Assembly: GCA_043823085.1 (NCBI GenBank)
Contig: JBDRBE010000001.1
Location: forward strand, 113,110-177,109
Direction of reading: 5' to 3'
Source: Candidatus Levyibacteriota bacterium
GTDB lineage: Bacteria; Patescibacteriota; Microgenomatia; Levybacterales; UBA12049
DNA: 64,000 nt
The notes beneath the pieces were generated by a model. That model saw only the letters and a list, made by a program, of their open reading frames with translations, ran no database searches and was not told the origin of the DNA. The position numbers were made by a program, and so were the translations under genes. Positions 29,277-40,243 of this stretch are shown here, piece after piece. The first letter of the stretch is position 1; the number at the start of each line of letters is the position of its first letter.

Positions 29277-31379
29277 CTATTGTTCATGCAAACTGTTAAT
29301 ATATTCTTCCGCATTTTTTACCAAAACATCTCTTGGCTTTGATCCCTCACCATGACCAACAACTCCCATTTCTTCCAACTGATCCAAAACTCTGGCCGCT
29401 CTGGCATAACCTATGGAAAGCCTTCGCTGTAAAAGTGATGCCGAAGCCCTGTCATATTGACAAACAATTCTAACTGCCTCTTCAAAAAACAGATCTCTAC
29501 CGTCTGAAGTAACAGACACTCCGCCTTTTTTAAGCGAAACTTGTTGTTTTGTAACCTCTTCTGTATATTCAACTGCCGGTGATTTTGATTTAAGATAATC
29601 AACTAATTTTTTAACTTCTTTTTCCGAAACAAAAGTTCCCTGAATTCTTGTCGGCTTTGCCTGATCCGGCGGAATATAAAGCATATCTCCTCTACCTAAA
29701 AGCTTTTCCGCTCCGGGCGTATCAAGAATTACTCTTGAATCAATCATCGAGGAAACATTAAAAGCTATTCGGCAAGGAATATTTGCTTTGATAAGCCCTG
29801 TGATAACATCAACCGACGGTCTTTGCGTTGAAACAACCAAATGAATTCCTGTTGCCCTGGCCATTTGCGCCAAACGAGCAATAGCATCTTCGACTTCAAC
29901 AGGAGCAAAAGCCATAAGATCTGCCAATTCATCAACAAAAACAACAATATACGGAAGTGCTTGAAAACCGGAAAGTTCATTATAGGAATCGATGTTTCTC
30001 ACTCCCCTTTCGGCAAATAATTTATACCGTCTGTCCATTTCTCCCAATGCCCATTTTAGAGAAGAAAGAATTTTTTCTACCTCCACAATTACCGGAGTTA
30101 AAAGATGAGGAATTCCATTGTAACCTGTTAATTCAACTCTTTTTGGATCAATCAGGATTAATTTTATTTCCGAAGGAGAAGCTCTAAAAAGAAGAGAAGA
30201 AATAAAAGTATTAATTAAAACAGATTTTCCGCTCCCCGTAGTTCCGGCAATCAAAACATGCGGCATTTTGGCAATATCAACGCATATCGGACTTCCCGAA
30301 ACATCAAGTCCTAGAGCAACTGTTAGTTTAGAACGATTCTTTTGCATCAAATTTGAAGAAAGCATAGTTTTAAGAGTTACAATTTCCAGAGATCTATTTG
30401 GAATTTCAATACCGATTAAACTTCTTCCCGGAATCGGCGCTTCTATTCTAATTTGTCCGGTCGGCGCTTCGGTAGCAAGAGCTAAATCATTGGAAAGAGA
30501 AGTTATTTTGGAAACTTTTGTACCAAGAGCAATATTTAATGCATATTGGGTAACTGCCGGGCCAAGATTAACTTCGGCAACTCTTGCTTCTATGCCAAAA
30601 CTCTGTAAAGTTTTTTCAATAATTGAGGCAATTCTTTTTATGTCTCCTCTGTCTGCTTTTTGTGTTGGCAAATCATTAAGCAAAGACATTTGAGGATATG
30701 TCCAAACGCTGTCAGCCAAAGGATTGCTGACCAGTTTTTCCGAAAGAAGAATTGCTTCTTTTTTAATAATGGGGGGCGGCGGCGTTGAAGCTTGCGATGC
30801 GCCAAAATTTTGCTGTCCTCCTTTTATTGTCATGGGTTTTTCCCGAACAACCATGGGTTTTTTGTTTTTAAAAATGGAAAGAAGCTGTCCGGGAAACAAT
30901 CTGTTAATATTTTGAGAAGCAAAAACAAACATTCTAATAATTTCATCCATTGAAGTATCAAAAAAGACAATAATTCCAATAAAAAGTCCGGCGATAAAAA
31001 CAATGTCGCTTCCAATATTGGTTAAAACTTCAGAAAGTGCATTAGAAATTCCCAACCCTATTTCTCCGCTTTTGGTAAGTCCTATAAAAGAAGTATAAAA
31101 AAGCAAAAACCCCAAAGAGATATTTGGCCTGGAAATAAAAAGCTTTAGTTTTAAAAATAAGAACCCGAGAAGAATTAAAACTAAAGGAAATAAAAATGCC
31201 ATTCCGCCGAATTTTCTTTCCAAAAGATCGGAAATTAAAATAAGATTGTCGCCGGATTTTGAAAAAGATAATAAAAGAAGAGCACCCGCTGATATTAAAC
31301 CTAAGGAAAAAATCGTATAAATTGTTTCTTTACGCAGTTTTAATTTAAATCCTCGTCTTCGATAATGTCTTCGTCTCAT
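29277..31379 (-). CDS. ftsK: DNA translocase FtsK/SpoIIIE
   Basis: AGTTGSGKS, DELADLM, TQRPSVDV, GAEKLLGRGDML, gamma domain LQRRLSIGYARA. Confidence 0.96.
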   Translation of the reverse strand: MRRRHYRRRGFKLKLRKETIYTIFSLGLISAGALLLLSFSKSGDNLILISDLLERKFGGMAFLFPLVLILLGFLFLKLKLFISRPNISLGFLLFYTSFIGLTKSGEIGLGISNALSEVLTNIGSDIVFIAGLFIGIIVFFDTSMDEIIRMFVFASQNINRLFPGQLLSIFKNKKPMVVREKPMTIKGGQQNFGASQASTPPPPIIKKEAILLSEKLVSNPLADSVWTYPQMSLLNDLPTQKADRGDIKRIASIIEKTLQSFGIEARVAEVNLGPAVTQYALNIALGTKVSKITSLSNDLALATEAPTGQIRIEAPIPGRSLIGIEIPNRSLEIVTLKTMLSSNLMQKNRSKLTVALGLDVSGSPICVDIAKMPHVLIAGTTGSGKSVLINTFISSLLFRASPSEIKLILIDPKRVELTGYNGIPHLLTPVIVEVEKILSSLKWALGEMDRRYKLFAERGVRNIDSYNELSGFQALPYIVVFVDELADLMAFAPVEVEDAIARLAQMARATGIHLVVSTQRPSVDVITGLIKANIPCRIAFNVSSMIDSRVILDTPGAEKLLGRGDMLYIPPDQAKPTRIQGTFVSEKEVKKLVDYLKSKSPAVEYTEEVTKQQVSLKKGGVSVTSDGRDLFFEEAVRIVCQYDRASASLLQRRLSIGYARAARVLDQLEEMGVVGHGEGSKPRDVLVKNAEEYINSLHEQ

Positions 31380-31411
31380 ATACTCTATTATATAATAATA
31401 GCACAAGCAAA

Positions 31412-33064
31412 CTAAACCTCAATAACAACCGGCAGAACCAGGGGGCGGCGGCGAAGCATGCGATAAATTGTGCCCTCTGCAATTTCGCTGATTTGTTTTC
31501 GCACATGAAACCAATTCATTACTCTCCCTTTTTTAATCAAAGGTTTTTTGAGCTCTCTTTCCAACCCTGTGGATAATTTTTTCTGATCGCTTGGAGTAAA
31601 ACCTCGAATAATTATTTGCGGGGTGTTAACAATTCGTCCGGTATCCGATTCTACTTCCAAAACCAAAACTACAATTCCTCCTTCCGAAAGTTTTTGCCTG
31701 TCTCGCAAAACAAAACTTTCCACTTCTTCACCGCTAATTTGGTCAAGATAAACATTTTTAATGGCAATTTTTTCGCCAATTAGCGCCATCTTTCCGAAAA
31801 AATTAACTTTTTGCCCGGTTTCAAGCAAAAAAATATCTTCATCTTTATAGTCCAATCTTTTAGCAAGAGTTTTATAGGCAACCATTTGTCTGTATGTTCC
31901 GCCGATTGGAATAAGTTTTTTGGGTTTTAAAAGAGCTATTAAAAGTGAAAGGTCAAAAGAATAACCATGTCCTGAAACATGAAAATCGTCGCTAATTTGC
32001 GAATAAACAACCTTTGCTCCTTTTTTGGAAATTTCATCAATTAAAGCATTTATAGAAACTTCATTGCCCGGGATTGGGTCAGCCGAAAAAATAACCGTGT
32101 CATCTTTTTCAATTTTTATTTCGCGGAACTCATCCTCCACAATTCTTGTCATTGCCGAATTTTCCTGTCCCTGGCTCCCTGCGACAAAAAGTAAAAGCTG
32201 CCAATCTTTAAAATTTTTAAGCTGTTCTACTCTTATTTCCATGCCTTGGGGAATTTTCATATAGCCCATTTTTTTAGCAACTTCTTTTGTCGAGTTTAGA
32301 GAACGGCCGACAAAACAAACCTTTCTATTCTGTTTTTGCGCAACAGTAATGGCTAAATTTAATCTTGAAATATTTGAAGAATAAGTAGTTACAATAAATT
32401 TTCCTTGTGTCTGCCTCATCTCCTTTTCAAAACTATCCAAAAGTGTTAATTCCGATGGAGTATGTCCTTCTTTTTCCGCTCCCAAACAATCCGAAGCAAG
32501 AAACAGAATATTATTCTGACTAGCTTTGGCAATTTTTTGAAATTCAACACTTTTTCCATCCGAAGGCGTTAAATCAAATTTAAAATCAGAACCATGGTAA
32601 ACATTCCCCAAAGGAGTTCTAATAAAAAGATGCGCGGCATCGGGAACCGAATGAGTAACTCTTATAAAAGAAACTTTAAAAGTTCCAAGCGTTATTTCTC
32701 CTCCGTCAAAAGTGACACTTTTAACCTGATTTGTATTTTTGAATTCTTTTAATTTTTCATTGGCAAAAGCCGCTGTAAGAGGTGTGGCAAAAATTGGAAT
32801 TATTGGAAGTTGTGGAAGAATAAAGGGAAGCGCTCCAATATGATCTTCATGTCCGTGGGTTAAAACCATTCCCGCAATTTTCTTCTTGCTATTTGAAAGA
32901 TAAGAAATATCCGGAAGAAGTAAATCAACTCCTACCATGGTTTCATCGGCAAAACCCAAACCACAATCAATAATGAGTATTTGATTATCGCACTCATATA
33001 AGTACATGTTTTTAGTCACATTTCCAATGCCCCCCAAAGATAAAAATGATAATTGATTTTGCAT
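31412..33064 (-). CDS. rnj: ribonuclease J
   Basis: THGHEDHIG, HSVPD, DFKFD, GSQGQ, HVSGH. Confidence 0.93.
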   Translation of the reverse strand: MQNQLSFLSLGGIGNVTKNMYLYECDNQILIIDCGLGFADETMVGVDLLLPDISYLSNSKKKIAGMVLTHGHEDHIGALPFILPQLPIIPIFATPLTAAFANEKLKEFKNTNQVKSVTFDGGEITLGTFKVSFIRVTHSVPDAAHLFIRTPLGNVYHGSDFKFDLTPSDGKSVEFQKIAKASQNNILFLASDCLGAEKEGHTPSELTLLDSFEKEMRQTQGKFIVTTYSSNISRLNLAITVAQKQNRKVCFVGRSLNSTKEVAKKMGYMKIPQGMEIRVEQLKNFKDWQLLLFVAGSQGQENSAMTRIVEDEFREIKIEKDDTVIFSADPIPGNEVSINALIDEISKKGAKVVYSQISDDFHVSGHGYSFDLSLLIALLKPKKLIPIGGTYRQMVAYKTLAKRLDYKDEDIFLLETGQKVNFFGKMALIGEKIAIKNVYLDQISGEEVESFVLRDRQKLSEGGIVVLVLEVESDTGRIVNTPQIIIRGFTPSDQKKLSTGLERELKKPLIKKGRVMNWFHVRKQISEIAEGTIYRMLRRRPLVLPVVIEV

Positions 33065-33067
33065 AAT

Positions 33068-34180
33068 TTAAGTTGACAAAAATTCTTTAATATTTTCTAC
33101 GCTAACTCGTATTGATTGATTTTTCCCTTCCACAATATCTCTTGCTGTTTTTCGGCAAATTCCTTCAATGGTTCGCTCAAGACTTCTAATCCCCGAGTCA
33201 AATCCAAGCGGCCGAATAATTTGCGGCCAGACCGGCTCGTCAACTGTTAACTGATTTTGTGAAAGTCCAATCATGTTTCTTATTTTAGGAAATAAATAAT
33301 CACGGCCAATAACTGTTTTTTCCGAATCGTTATAGGCTGGCATCTGAAGAATTTCTAACCTATCTAAAACCGCTGTTGAAATATTACTTGTATTATTAGC
33401 CGTTGCAATAAATAAAACCTCCGAAAAATCAAAAGGATAATCAATGTAATGATCCATAAACGCTTTGTTTTGTTCAGCGTCCAAAAGTTCAACCAAAACC
33501 CCCATAACATCGGAGCGCGAATCCTGGGAAATTCTATCAAGTTCATCAAGCAAAATAACGCAATTTTTGCTTTGGGCATGCACTAATTTCTTAATTACAG
33601 ATCCCGGCTCGGCATCGGGAAGGACCTTTGACTGACCGCGTAAAGCTCTTGCGTCTCCCATGCCGCCAAAAGGAATCCTTTCGAATTTTCGACCTAGAGA
33701 CTCTGCAATAGAGGCACCCAATGTTGTTTTTCCGGTTCCGGCCAGACCAACAAGACAAAGAATTGGAGCATGTAAAATTTTCCCGCTTGTTTCTCTTTTT
33801 GCGTTTAAAATAATCGAGGCCAAATACTCAAGAATTCTATCTTTTATACTCATTAATCCATAATGATTTTTGTTCAATATCTCTTTTGCTTTTATTAAAT
33901 CCAAAAGATCTTGTGTTCTTTTTTCCCAAGGCAAATTAAGAATCCAATTAATATAAGATAAGGCTGTTTCGTATTCCATAATATAATTTGGGCCAAGATA
34001 TCCGCTGCTTGCCCGAAGTAAAGCTAATCTTTTAATTCTTTCAATTAGATGTTCACGAAGATCAGAAGGAATTTGTGCCTTTTCAATTCTTTCTCCTAAA
34101 ATTCTTATTTGGTCTGTTGAATCGTCTTCTTTTTTTTGCAAACCGACTGTTTGATTATTTTGAGCAGTGGCAGTATCCAT
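33068..34180 (-). CDS. Lon-type AAA+ ATPase lacking the protease domain
   Basis: LPW, HYGL..IKDRILEYLA, GLAGTGKT, LDELD, LDAEQN..FMDHY, LDRLE. Ends right after the AAA module. Confidence 0.85.
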   Translation of the reverse strand: MDTATAQNNQTVGLQKKEDDSTDQIRILGERIEKAQIPSDLREHLIERIKRLALLRASSGYLGPNYIMEYETALSYINWILNLPWEKRTQDLLDLIKAKEILNKNHYGLMSIKDRILEYLASIILNAKRETSGKILHAPILCLVGLAGTGKTTLGASIAESLGRKFERIPFGGMGDARALRGQSKVLPDAEPGSVIKKLVHAQSKNCVILLDELDRISQDSRSDVMGVLVELLDAEQNKAFMDHYIDYPFDFSEVLFIATANNTSNISTAVLDRLEILQMPAYNDSEKTVIGRDYLFPKIRNMIGLSQNQLTVDEPVWPQIIRPLGFDSGIRSLERTIEGICRKTARDIVEGKNQSIRVSVENIKEFLST

Positions 34181-34243
34181 ACTTTAATAATATAACAAAA
34201 AACAAAATAAAAAAACTAATTGAATTAGAAATTAGAAATTAAT

Positions 34244-36484
34244 CTATCTATTTGGTCTAAAGCGAGAAGACGATGATGGTCTGCGAGGTTTACCTCGGAA
34301 ACTTCCTACTCTTTCTCTTCGAAATTGCATGGATAAAGGATGTTCATGTCTTTCCCCTGTACGTTCTTTAGTTTCAGCATCCTGACCAAATAACATCGAG
34401 AGATTTACCCGCCCTTGTTCGTCTATTTCGACAACTCTGACTTTCACTTTTTGGCCGATTTCTACAACGTCGCTTGGATTTTTAACAAAACCGGTTGTCA
34501 TTTTTGAAACATGAACCATTCCTTCTTTTCCAGGCAATACTTCTATAAAAGCGCCAAAGGGGAGTATTCTTTTAACCTCTCCTTCAAAAGTTTCTCCAAC
34601 AGTTAATTCCCGAGTCATTCCTTTAACCCATTCAATTGCTTTTTTAACAGCGGTTTCATCTGTTCCGGAAACCGTGACTGTTCCATCATCTTCTACATCA
34701 ACGGCCGCGCCGGTTTGAGCAATAATATTTCGAATAACTTTTCCTCCGGGCCCGATAACTTCACCGATTTTTTCAACCGGAATTTTTACAAGTTCAATTT
34801 TTGGCGCAAATTCCGAAACTTCGGTTCTTGATTTGGGTAAGACCTCCTGCATTTTTCCTAAAATAAATGCTCTTCCTGTTTTTGCTTTTTCGATAGTTTC
34901 TTCTATTTGCTTTATTGTTAAACCAGCACTTTTTACATCAAGCTGAATGGCTGTAATTCCCGTATCGGTTCCGGCAACTTTAAAATCCATATCGCCCGAA
35001 AAATCTTCAAGGCCTAAAATATCGGTTAATATTACATATTTTTCATCTTTTGACATCATTCCCATGGCAATTCCTGCTACCAATTTTTCAATTGGAACTC
35101 CCGCATCCATTAAAGCAAGTGTTGATCCGCAAGTTGCCGCCATTGAAGTTGAACCGTTGGAAGAAAGAATTTCCGAAACAACTCGAATTGTATAAGGAAA
35201 TTTTTCCTGTTTTGGAATAACCGGAATAATTGCTCTTTCTGCCAATGCCCCATGACCGATTTCTCTTCTTGAAGGCACTCCCATTCTGCCGGTTTCGCCA
35301 ACAGAATATGGCGGCATTGAATAATGATGAATATATCTTTTGCTTTCTTCTCCCTCGGCCGATTCAATTAATTGCTCCATGCGCGGTGAACCAAGAGTAA
35401 CCACAGTTAGGGCTTGAGTGTCGCCGCGTTGAAAAATTGCCGAGCCATGAGTTCTTGGTAAAATCGAGCAGTGTCCGGAAATTTCTCTAATTTCATCAAC
35501 TTTTCTTCCGTCCGGCCTTTGACCTTTGGTTAAAACATTTTCCCGAATAGCTTTGAATAAAATATATTCTATGGCATTGGCAACTGCTTTTTTGTCAATA
35601 GGACTTTCCGAATTTTCTTTTTGTTCATCTGTAAAAATCCGCTCATGAAGATCTTCGAATGTACTACCTGCAGCCAATGATTCTTTTTGGGCGCGCGATG
35701 GAACTAAAGCTAAAATTTCTGTTTTGTAAGTTTTTTCTATTCTTTGACAAAGCTCTAAAAATTCGCTGTTTTTCGCAACTTCTTCTTTTTTCTGTCCAAC
35801 TGCCTTTGTCCACTCTTCAATTAAAGCAATTATTTTTTCTGTTTGCTCTTTGGCTTTTTTGATTGCATTAAAAAAGATTTCTTCTGAAACTTGTTTTGCG
35901 CCGGCTTCGATCATAATGGTTTTTTCTTTTGTTTGAGAACAAACCACATCCAATTCTGATAATTCGATTTCAGTACTTCCCGGATTAATCAGGTATCCTT
36001 CATTCCCATTATCTCTGACATATCCTACTCTCACACTTCCAACCGGTCCATTCCAGGGAATTTTTGAAATTGCAAGCGCCGAAGATACGGCAATCATCGA
36101 AAGAGTATCCGGCTCATTTTCTCCGTCAACCGATAAAACCGTAACTACGACTTGAACTTCTTTGTTATACTCTTTTGGGAAAAGGGGGCGAATGGAACGG
36201 TCAATTAAACGCGCGGTTAAAATCGAATCATCCGATGGCCTTCCTTCTCTTTTGACCCAGCGGCTTCCTTTTATTCTTCCGCCTGCATAAAGCCTTTCGA
36301 CATATTCAACAGTTAAAGGGAAATAACCCAAATCTTCTCTGACTTTTCCTTCAACAACAGTTGCCAAAACCATTGTATCGCCAAGTCTTGCCAAAACAGA
36401 TGAGGTTGCGTATTTAGCAAGTTCTCCGGTTTCAAGAGTTAGTGTTTTTCCACCTAGTTCTAAAGTAGTTTTATTTTTATTCAT
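34244..36484 (-). CDS. pnp: polyribonucleotide nucleotidyltransferase
   Basis: RLIDRSIRPLF, RREIGHGALAERA, SNGSTSMA, GDMDFKVAG, KH and S1 domains. Confidence 0.97.
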   Translation of the reverse strand: MNKNKTTLELGGKTLTLETGELAKYATSSVLARLGDTMVLATVVEGKVREDLGYFPLTVEYVERLYAGGRIKGSRWVKREGRPSDDSILTARLIDRSIRPLFPKEYNKEVQVVVTVLSVDGENEPDTLSMIAVSSALAISKIPWNGPVGSVRVGYVRDNGNEGYLINPGSTEIELSELDVVCSQTKEKTIMIEAGAKQVSEEIFFNAIKKAKEQTEKIIALIEEWTKAVGQKKEEVAKNSEFLELCQRIEKTYKTEILALVPSRAQKESLAAGSTFEDLHERIFTDEQKENSESPIDKKAVANAIEYILFKAIRENVLTKGQRPDGRKVDEIREISGHCSILPRTHGSAIFQRGDTQALTVVTLGSPRMEQLIESAEGEESKRYIHHYSMPPYSVGETGRMGVPSRREIGHGALAERAIIPVIPKQEKFPYTIRVVSEILSSNGSTSMAATCGSTLALMDAGVPIEKLVAGIAMGMMSKDEKYVILTDILGLEDFSGDMDFKVAGTDTGITAIQLDVKSAGLTIKQIEETIEKAKTGRAFILGKMQEVLPKSRTEVSEFAPKIELVKIPVEKIGEVIGPGGKVIRNIIAQTGAAVDVEDDGTVTVSGTDETAVKKAIEWVKGMTRELTVGETFEGEVKRILPFGAFIEVLPGKEGMVHVSKMTTGFVKNPSDVVEIGQKVKVRVVEIDEQGRVNLSMLFGQDAETKERTGERHEHPLSMQFRRERVGSFRGKPRRPSSSSRFRPNR

Positions 36485-36525
36485 TCAATCTTTCGTTCTT
36501 TCGCAGTAAATTCTTGCAGTTTATT

Positions 36526-36789
36526 TTATAATCCAATCTTCCTTGCAATACCTGCGGCGCGCTCTTTATCTATTTTTTTCAAAAAATTAATTAATCTTCT
36601 TCTTTTTGCAATCATGGACAAAAGTCCTCTCCTACTATGAACATCGTGAGCATGTGCTTTTAAATGGTCCGTTAGGCGATCTATTCTTGTTGTTAAAAGC
36701 GCAACCTGAACTTCTGGGCTTCCTGTATCGCCGTCAGCAGTTTTAAATTCTTTAATAATTGCCTGCTTTTGTTTTGTACTAAGCGCCAT
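36526..36789 (-). CDS. rpsO: 30S ribosomal protein S15
   Basis: DTGSPEVQVALLT, HDVHSRRGLL. Confidence 0.98.
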   Translation of the reverse strand: MALSTKQKQAIIKEFKTADGDTGSPEVQVALLTTRIDRLTDHLKAHAHDVHSRRGLLSMIAKRRRLINFLKKIDKERAAGIARKIGL

Positions 36790-36867
36790 ATAAAATTATA
36801 ACACAAAAGATTATACCATGAAAAGAGTCTGGCTACAAGTGATCCTTTTGGGGCAAGGGGGGATTAA

Positions 36868-37377
36868 TTATCTTTTTTCTCTTCCCATAAATAATCCATG
36901 CTCCAATGCACTTTCGGTCAACCATTCATTTACTACATCAGTGACAGAATTACATCTCCTAAAATCAAATCCTCTAGGGAATTGAAATGTGTTTTCTTCT
37001 ATGCATTTTTCTCTTTCTTCGGGTGCAAAGGAAATATGTTTAAAAAGATCCGGAGCTCTGGTAAATAATTTATTTTGTACTCTTTTTACGTTTTTTGGAG
37101 ATCCACAAATGGTAACATCATGTTCCAAACTTCCTCCCATCACTGCGGCTTCATTTTCAACCAAACAACCATGGACACGATATGTGGAAATCTCGGAAAC
37201 AATTCCTTTAATGGGGTTTTCTTTTTCTCCTTCAACTTTTTTACCAAGTTCCGCAATAACTCCCTCTACGTCTTGTACATTTTTTTTGAGTTCTTCTTCT
37301 GTTGCTCCAAGTACGGTTGAGTTTCGAAAAGTTATTTTTTGTATTGTAATTTTCCCAAAGGGCCACATAGACGACAA
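36868..37377 (-). CDS. hypothetical protein
   Basis: 169-aa ORF, no motif recognised. Confidence 0.55.
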   Translation of the reverse strand: MSSMWPFGKITIQKITFRNSTVLGATEEELKKNVQDVEGVIAELGKKVEGEKENPIKGIVSEISTYRVHGCLVENEAAVMGGSLEHDVTICGSPKNVKRVQNKLFTRAPDLFKHISFAPEEREKCIEENTFQFPRGFDFRRCNSVTDVVNEWLTESALEHGLFMGREKR

Positions 37378-37479
37378 TTATAGCTTTTTCTAAAAACTAA
37401 ATCAAGCTATAGGATAAAAAATAGCAAATATTGCACCTCGGCTTCCTTCGGCGCAATTGGGAGTTTTAGTAGAAAATTA

Positions 37480-38274
37480 TCAGGGGTTATTCTTTTTCCT
37501 GTAATCTAATCTCCACTTTTCCTTTACTCGGAATTTTCTTATTTCATCCATGTCAAAACTTGCAAGGAAAATTCCTTCTTTCTCATCTGCTTGGATTATT
37601 TTTGTACTTTGAGATTTACCATTTTCGTCCCAAGCGATAGGATGATACGCGCTTGATTGTCCGTTATTTTTTGGACTTGGATAATTTGCCATAGCAATTC
37701 CAACTAAATTTTCAAATGCCCTAACTTTTAAAATATCTTTTCTAATCTCATCCCAGGTGCATGAATTAGGAACTACTATTAATTCTGCCCCTTTTAACAT
37801 TAATTGCGTTGCGGCTTCCGGAAATTCCCTATCCGCGCAAATCATAGCACCTATTTCTACTTCTCCCTGGGCTCCATTAATTTTACAGACTGAAAATTCA
37901 TTGCCAGGAGAACAATTACGATCTGTACCTTCTTGGAAATTACAAATAAAAACTTTTGAATAATCAAGAACAACTTCTCCGTTTTTATTTATAATTGAAA
38001 CTGAATTCTTTGGCTTTGGAGAATTTTTTTCTAAATAAGTTATTGCGATATTAATCGACAAATCCTTTGCTAACTTTACAAAACTTTGGAAAAAATTACT
38101 TTGTTGGTCTATTGCCGTACCATCTTCATACCCGGTATTCCATATTTCAGGAAATAAAACTAAATCTACTCCCAATTCTTTTGCCTTTTTGCAATATTCA
38201 ATTCCCTTTTCTAAATTTTTATTTTGGTCAGAACCGTTTGGAAGAATTTGAAGAAGTGCAACATTAAACTTCAT
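37480..38274 (-). CDS. carbon-nitrogen hydrolase (nitrilase superfamily)
   Basis: Glu-Lys-Cys triad contexts: LFPE, YSK, ICADREFPE. Confidence 0.9.
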   Translation of the reverse strand: MKFNVALLQILPNGSDQNKNLEKGIEYCKKAKELGVDLVLFPEIWNTGYEDGTAIDQQSNFFQSFVKLAKDLSINIAITYLEKNSPKPKNSVSIINKNGEVVLDYSKVFICNFQEGTDRNCSPGNEFSVCKINGAQGEVEIGAMICADREFPEAATQLMLKGAELIVVPNSCTWDEIRKDILKVRAFENLVGIAMANYPSPKNNGQSSAYHPIAWDENGKSQSTKIIQADEKEGIFLASFDMDEIRKFRVKEKWRLDYRKKNNP

Positions 38275-38425
38275 TACATGTAGATTTTACACCCTCGGCC
38301 CGTTCGATTCAACTCAGAATAAATATGTTCAAGGCAAAGGGGTATTTTTCTCACTTTTACACCATAGTCACCACTATCTTAGTATTTGACACACTATTTG
38401 TTTTTATTATATCATCAAGGACTAA

Positions 38426-39172
38426 ATGAATCTAAAAGAATCCGACAAACTATTTGCCATAAGATGCACTCTTGCTGCTGCCTTACTTGCAGTTTCTGCA
38501 CCAGTATATATAGATCCAGATAATGCAATACGAGTAAAGAAAGCTTTGTTAGGTAATCCAGTAGACTGCGGGAACGGTATAGAGGCGCAAAACAAAGATT
38601 ATCCTTTTGACGCAATTGTTGTTCCCGGAGCTGGAAGAGTTAAAAAAGCCGATGGGACTTTCGAGCCAAATTATACCCAAAAAATACGGCTCGAAGCTGC
38701 TGCTTTTGCTTATTCAAAGAGATTTGCACCGCTAATAATTCTACTCAACGGAAAAAGAGAGGAAGGTGAATCAGAAGGAAAAAAATATTTAGAAAATAGA
38801 GTCGAAGAATTAACGGAAGGCACTGCAATAATCCCCGATAAGAGAATTTTAACAGAAGAAAACTCCATCAATACCGCTACCAATATGGAAGAATTGGTAA
38901 AGATCGCAAAGAAGAGAAATTTAAAAAAAGTTTTAATCGTAACAAATAAGAATCACCTTGCCAGAGCAACCTTACTTGCCTGCGCAAATGGAGTTGCCGC
39001 ATCTTCTAAATCTGCTGAAGAATTACTTGTTGAGCAAAACTCCGGGCATGCAAACATCATCTCTGATTCTAGTTCGGAACAGGCGAAAGAACTCGCTGAA
39101 GTAGTATTGATTGCCTGGGATCCCAAAGGGAAATTCCCAACCTGGGTTAAAAGACTTCTACACAATCGCTAA
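38426..39172 (+). CDS. YdcF/DUF218 family protein
   Basis: DAIVVPGAG, RLEAA, EENSINTATN, IVTNKNHLARA. Confidence 0.85.
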   Translation: MNLKESDKLFAIRCTLAAALLAVSAPVYIDPDNAIRVKKALLGNPVDCGNGIEAQNKDYPFDAIVVPGAGRVKKADGTFEPNYTQKIRLEAAAFAYSKRFAPLIILLNGKREEGESEGKKYLENRVEELTEGTAIIPDKRILTEENSINTATNMEELVKIAKKRNLKKVLIVTNKNHLARATLLACANGVAASSKSAEELLVEQNSGHANIISDSSSEQAKELAEVVLIAWDPKGKFPTWVKRLLHNR

Positions 39173-39320
39173 GGAGACTCTTCTTTTTGGTGAAATTGTA
39201 GCTATTAATAAGAGTTCCGATCAAATTTTATACCTTCGGCTGTGTTCAATGCAGGCTATAGTGATGAGCACTTCGGCCATGTTCAGTGTTATAACTTGTC
39301 GAACCAGGGCTTTTGGGGAT

Positions 39321-40007
39321 TTATTGTACCAGCTCAAGTGAATCAATATTTAACCCTGCCATATTACCTGCTGTTCCCCAGAAACCTTTAACATTTTTTA
39401 CTTTTTTATCCAAGAAGGGTTCCAGGTTAACTTTACTTTCTCCAACTGTAACCCTAAAAAAGTTAATTTGATTTGGATTTTCCATAAAAACATCTTTTCC
39501 TGTATATTCAACGCAAAACTCATTATAATTGTCACTTGGATATCTATCTTTCATTAAATCAACCATATTCCCCTGCCCGCCGGGACAAGCACGAGTAATT
39601 TTATATTCACCTTGCGAGTTATCCAGCGGAAAAAATTGCGGACTAGCATCATTGAATAAAGACCTAAAAATCAAAAAAGAAATTACAATTATGGCTACAG
39701 CCGTCAAAAAAGAAAATATAGGAAAGATTGTCGGAAAAGGTTTTTGAAAATTAACAATATTTTTTCCTCTGAGAACCTTTCTAAAATTTCGTGCTAGGGT
39801 AAAAAGCATAAAAATTAAAACTAAGACCAAAACTATAACCTGAATTGTACTCGGTATTACAGATTCAAGAGGAGGTTTACCAGAGTGGCTTATAGGAAAA
39901 AGGTAGAAAAAGAAAGCAGGGCCCATTAGGAAAAAATCAAAAAGCAGGGCTGGAATTGTTAAAAGTGGAATAAATAAAAAAAGGAAACCTTCAATAATTT
40001 TTCGCAT
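39321..40007 (-). CDS. membrane protein, hypothetical
   Basis: About three hydrophobic segments and a soluble C-terminal region. Confidence 0.65.
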   Translation of the reverse strand: MRKIIEGFLFLFIPLLTIPALLFDFFLMGPAFFFYLFPISHSGKPPLESVIPSTIQVIVLVLVLIFMLFTLARNFRKVLRGKNIVNFQKPFPTIFPIFSFLTAVAIIVISFLIFRSLFNDASPQFFPLDNSQGEYKITRACPGGQGNMVDLMKDRYPSDNYNEFCVEYTGKDVFMENPNQINFFRVTVGESKVNLEPFLDKKVKNVKGFWGTAGNMAGLNIDSLELVQ

Positions 40008-40133
40008 TAATTAAAGCATACATCTTGAAAAAACAAAAACCAAGATTATAAGGATACAGAAAAAATGCTGCCTTTGCCAATTTTCTTTCAACTCGACTAG
40101 ATTCAATGCAAGCTATAGCGATGAGCGTACACT

Positions 40134-40156
40134 TGTTACACCTCGGAGGTGTAACA
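40134..40156. repeat. TGTTACACC-N5-GGTGTAACA palindromic element
   Basis: tgttacacctcggaggtgtaaca. Further copies at 49474, 49676 and 50869. Confidence 0.85.
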
Positions 40157-40243
40157 TCGTACCCCGCCGGACTGCAAACAATGAGTGGAATTGAATTGCT
40201 CGATGCAATTGGGAGTTTTGGGGGAATAGGCGGTAAAAATTTT

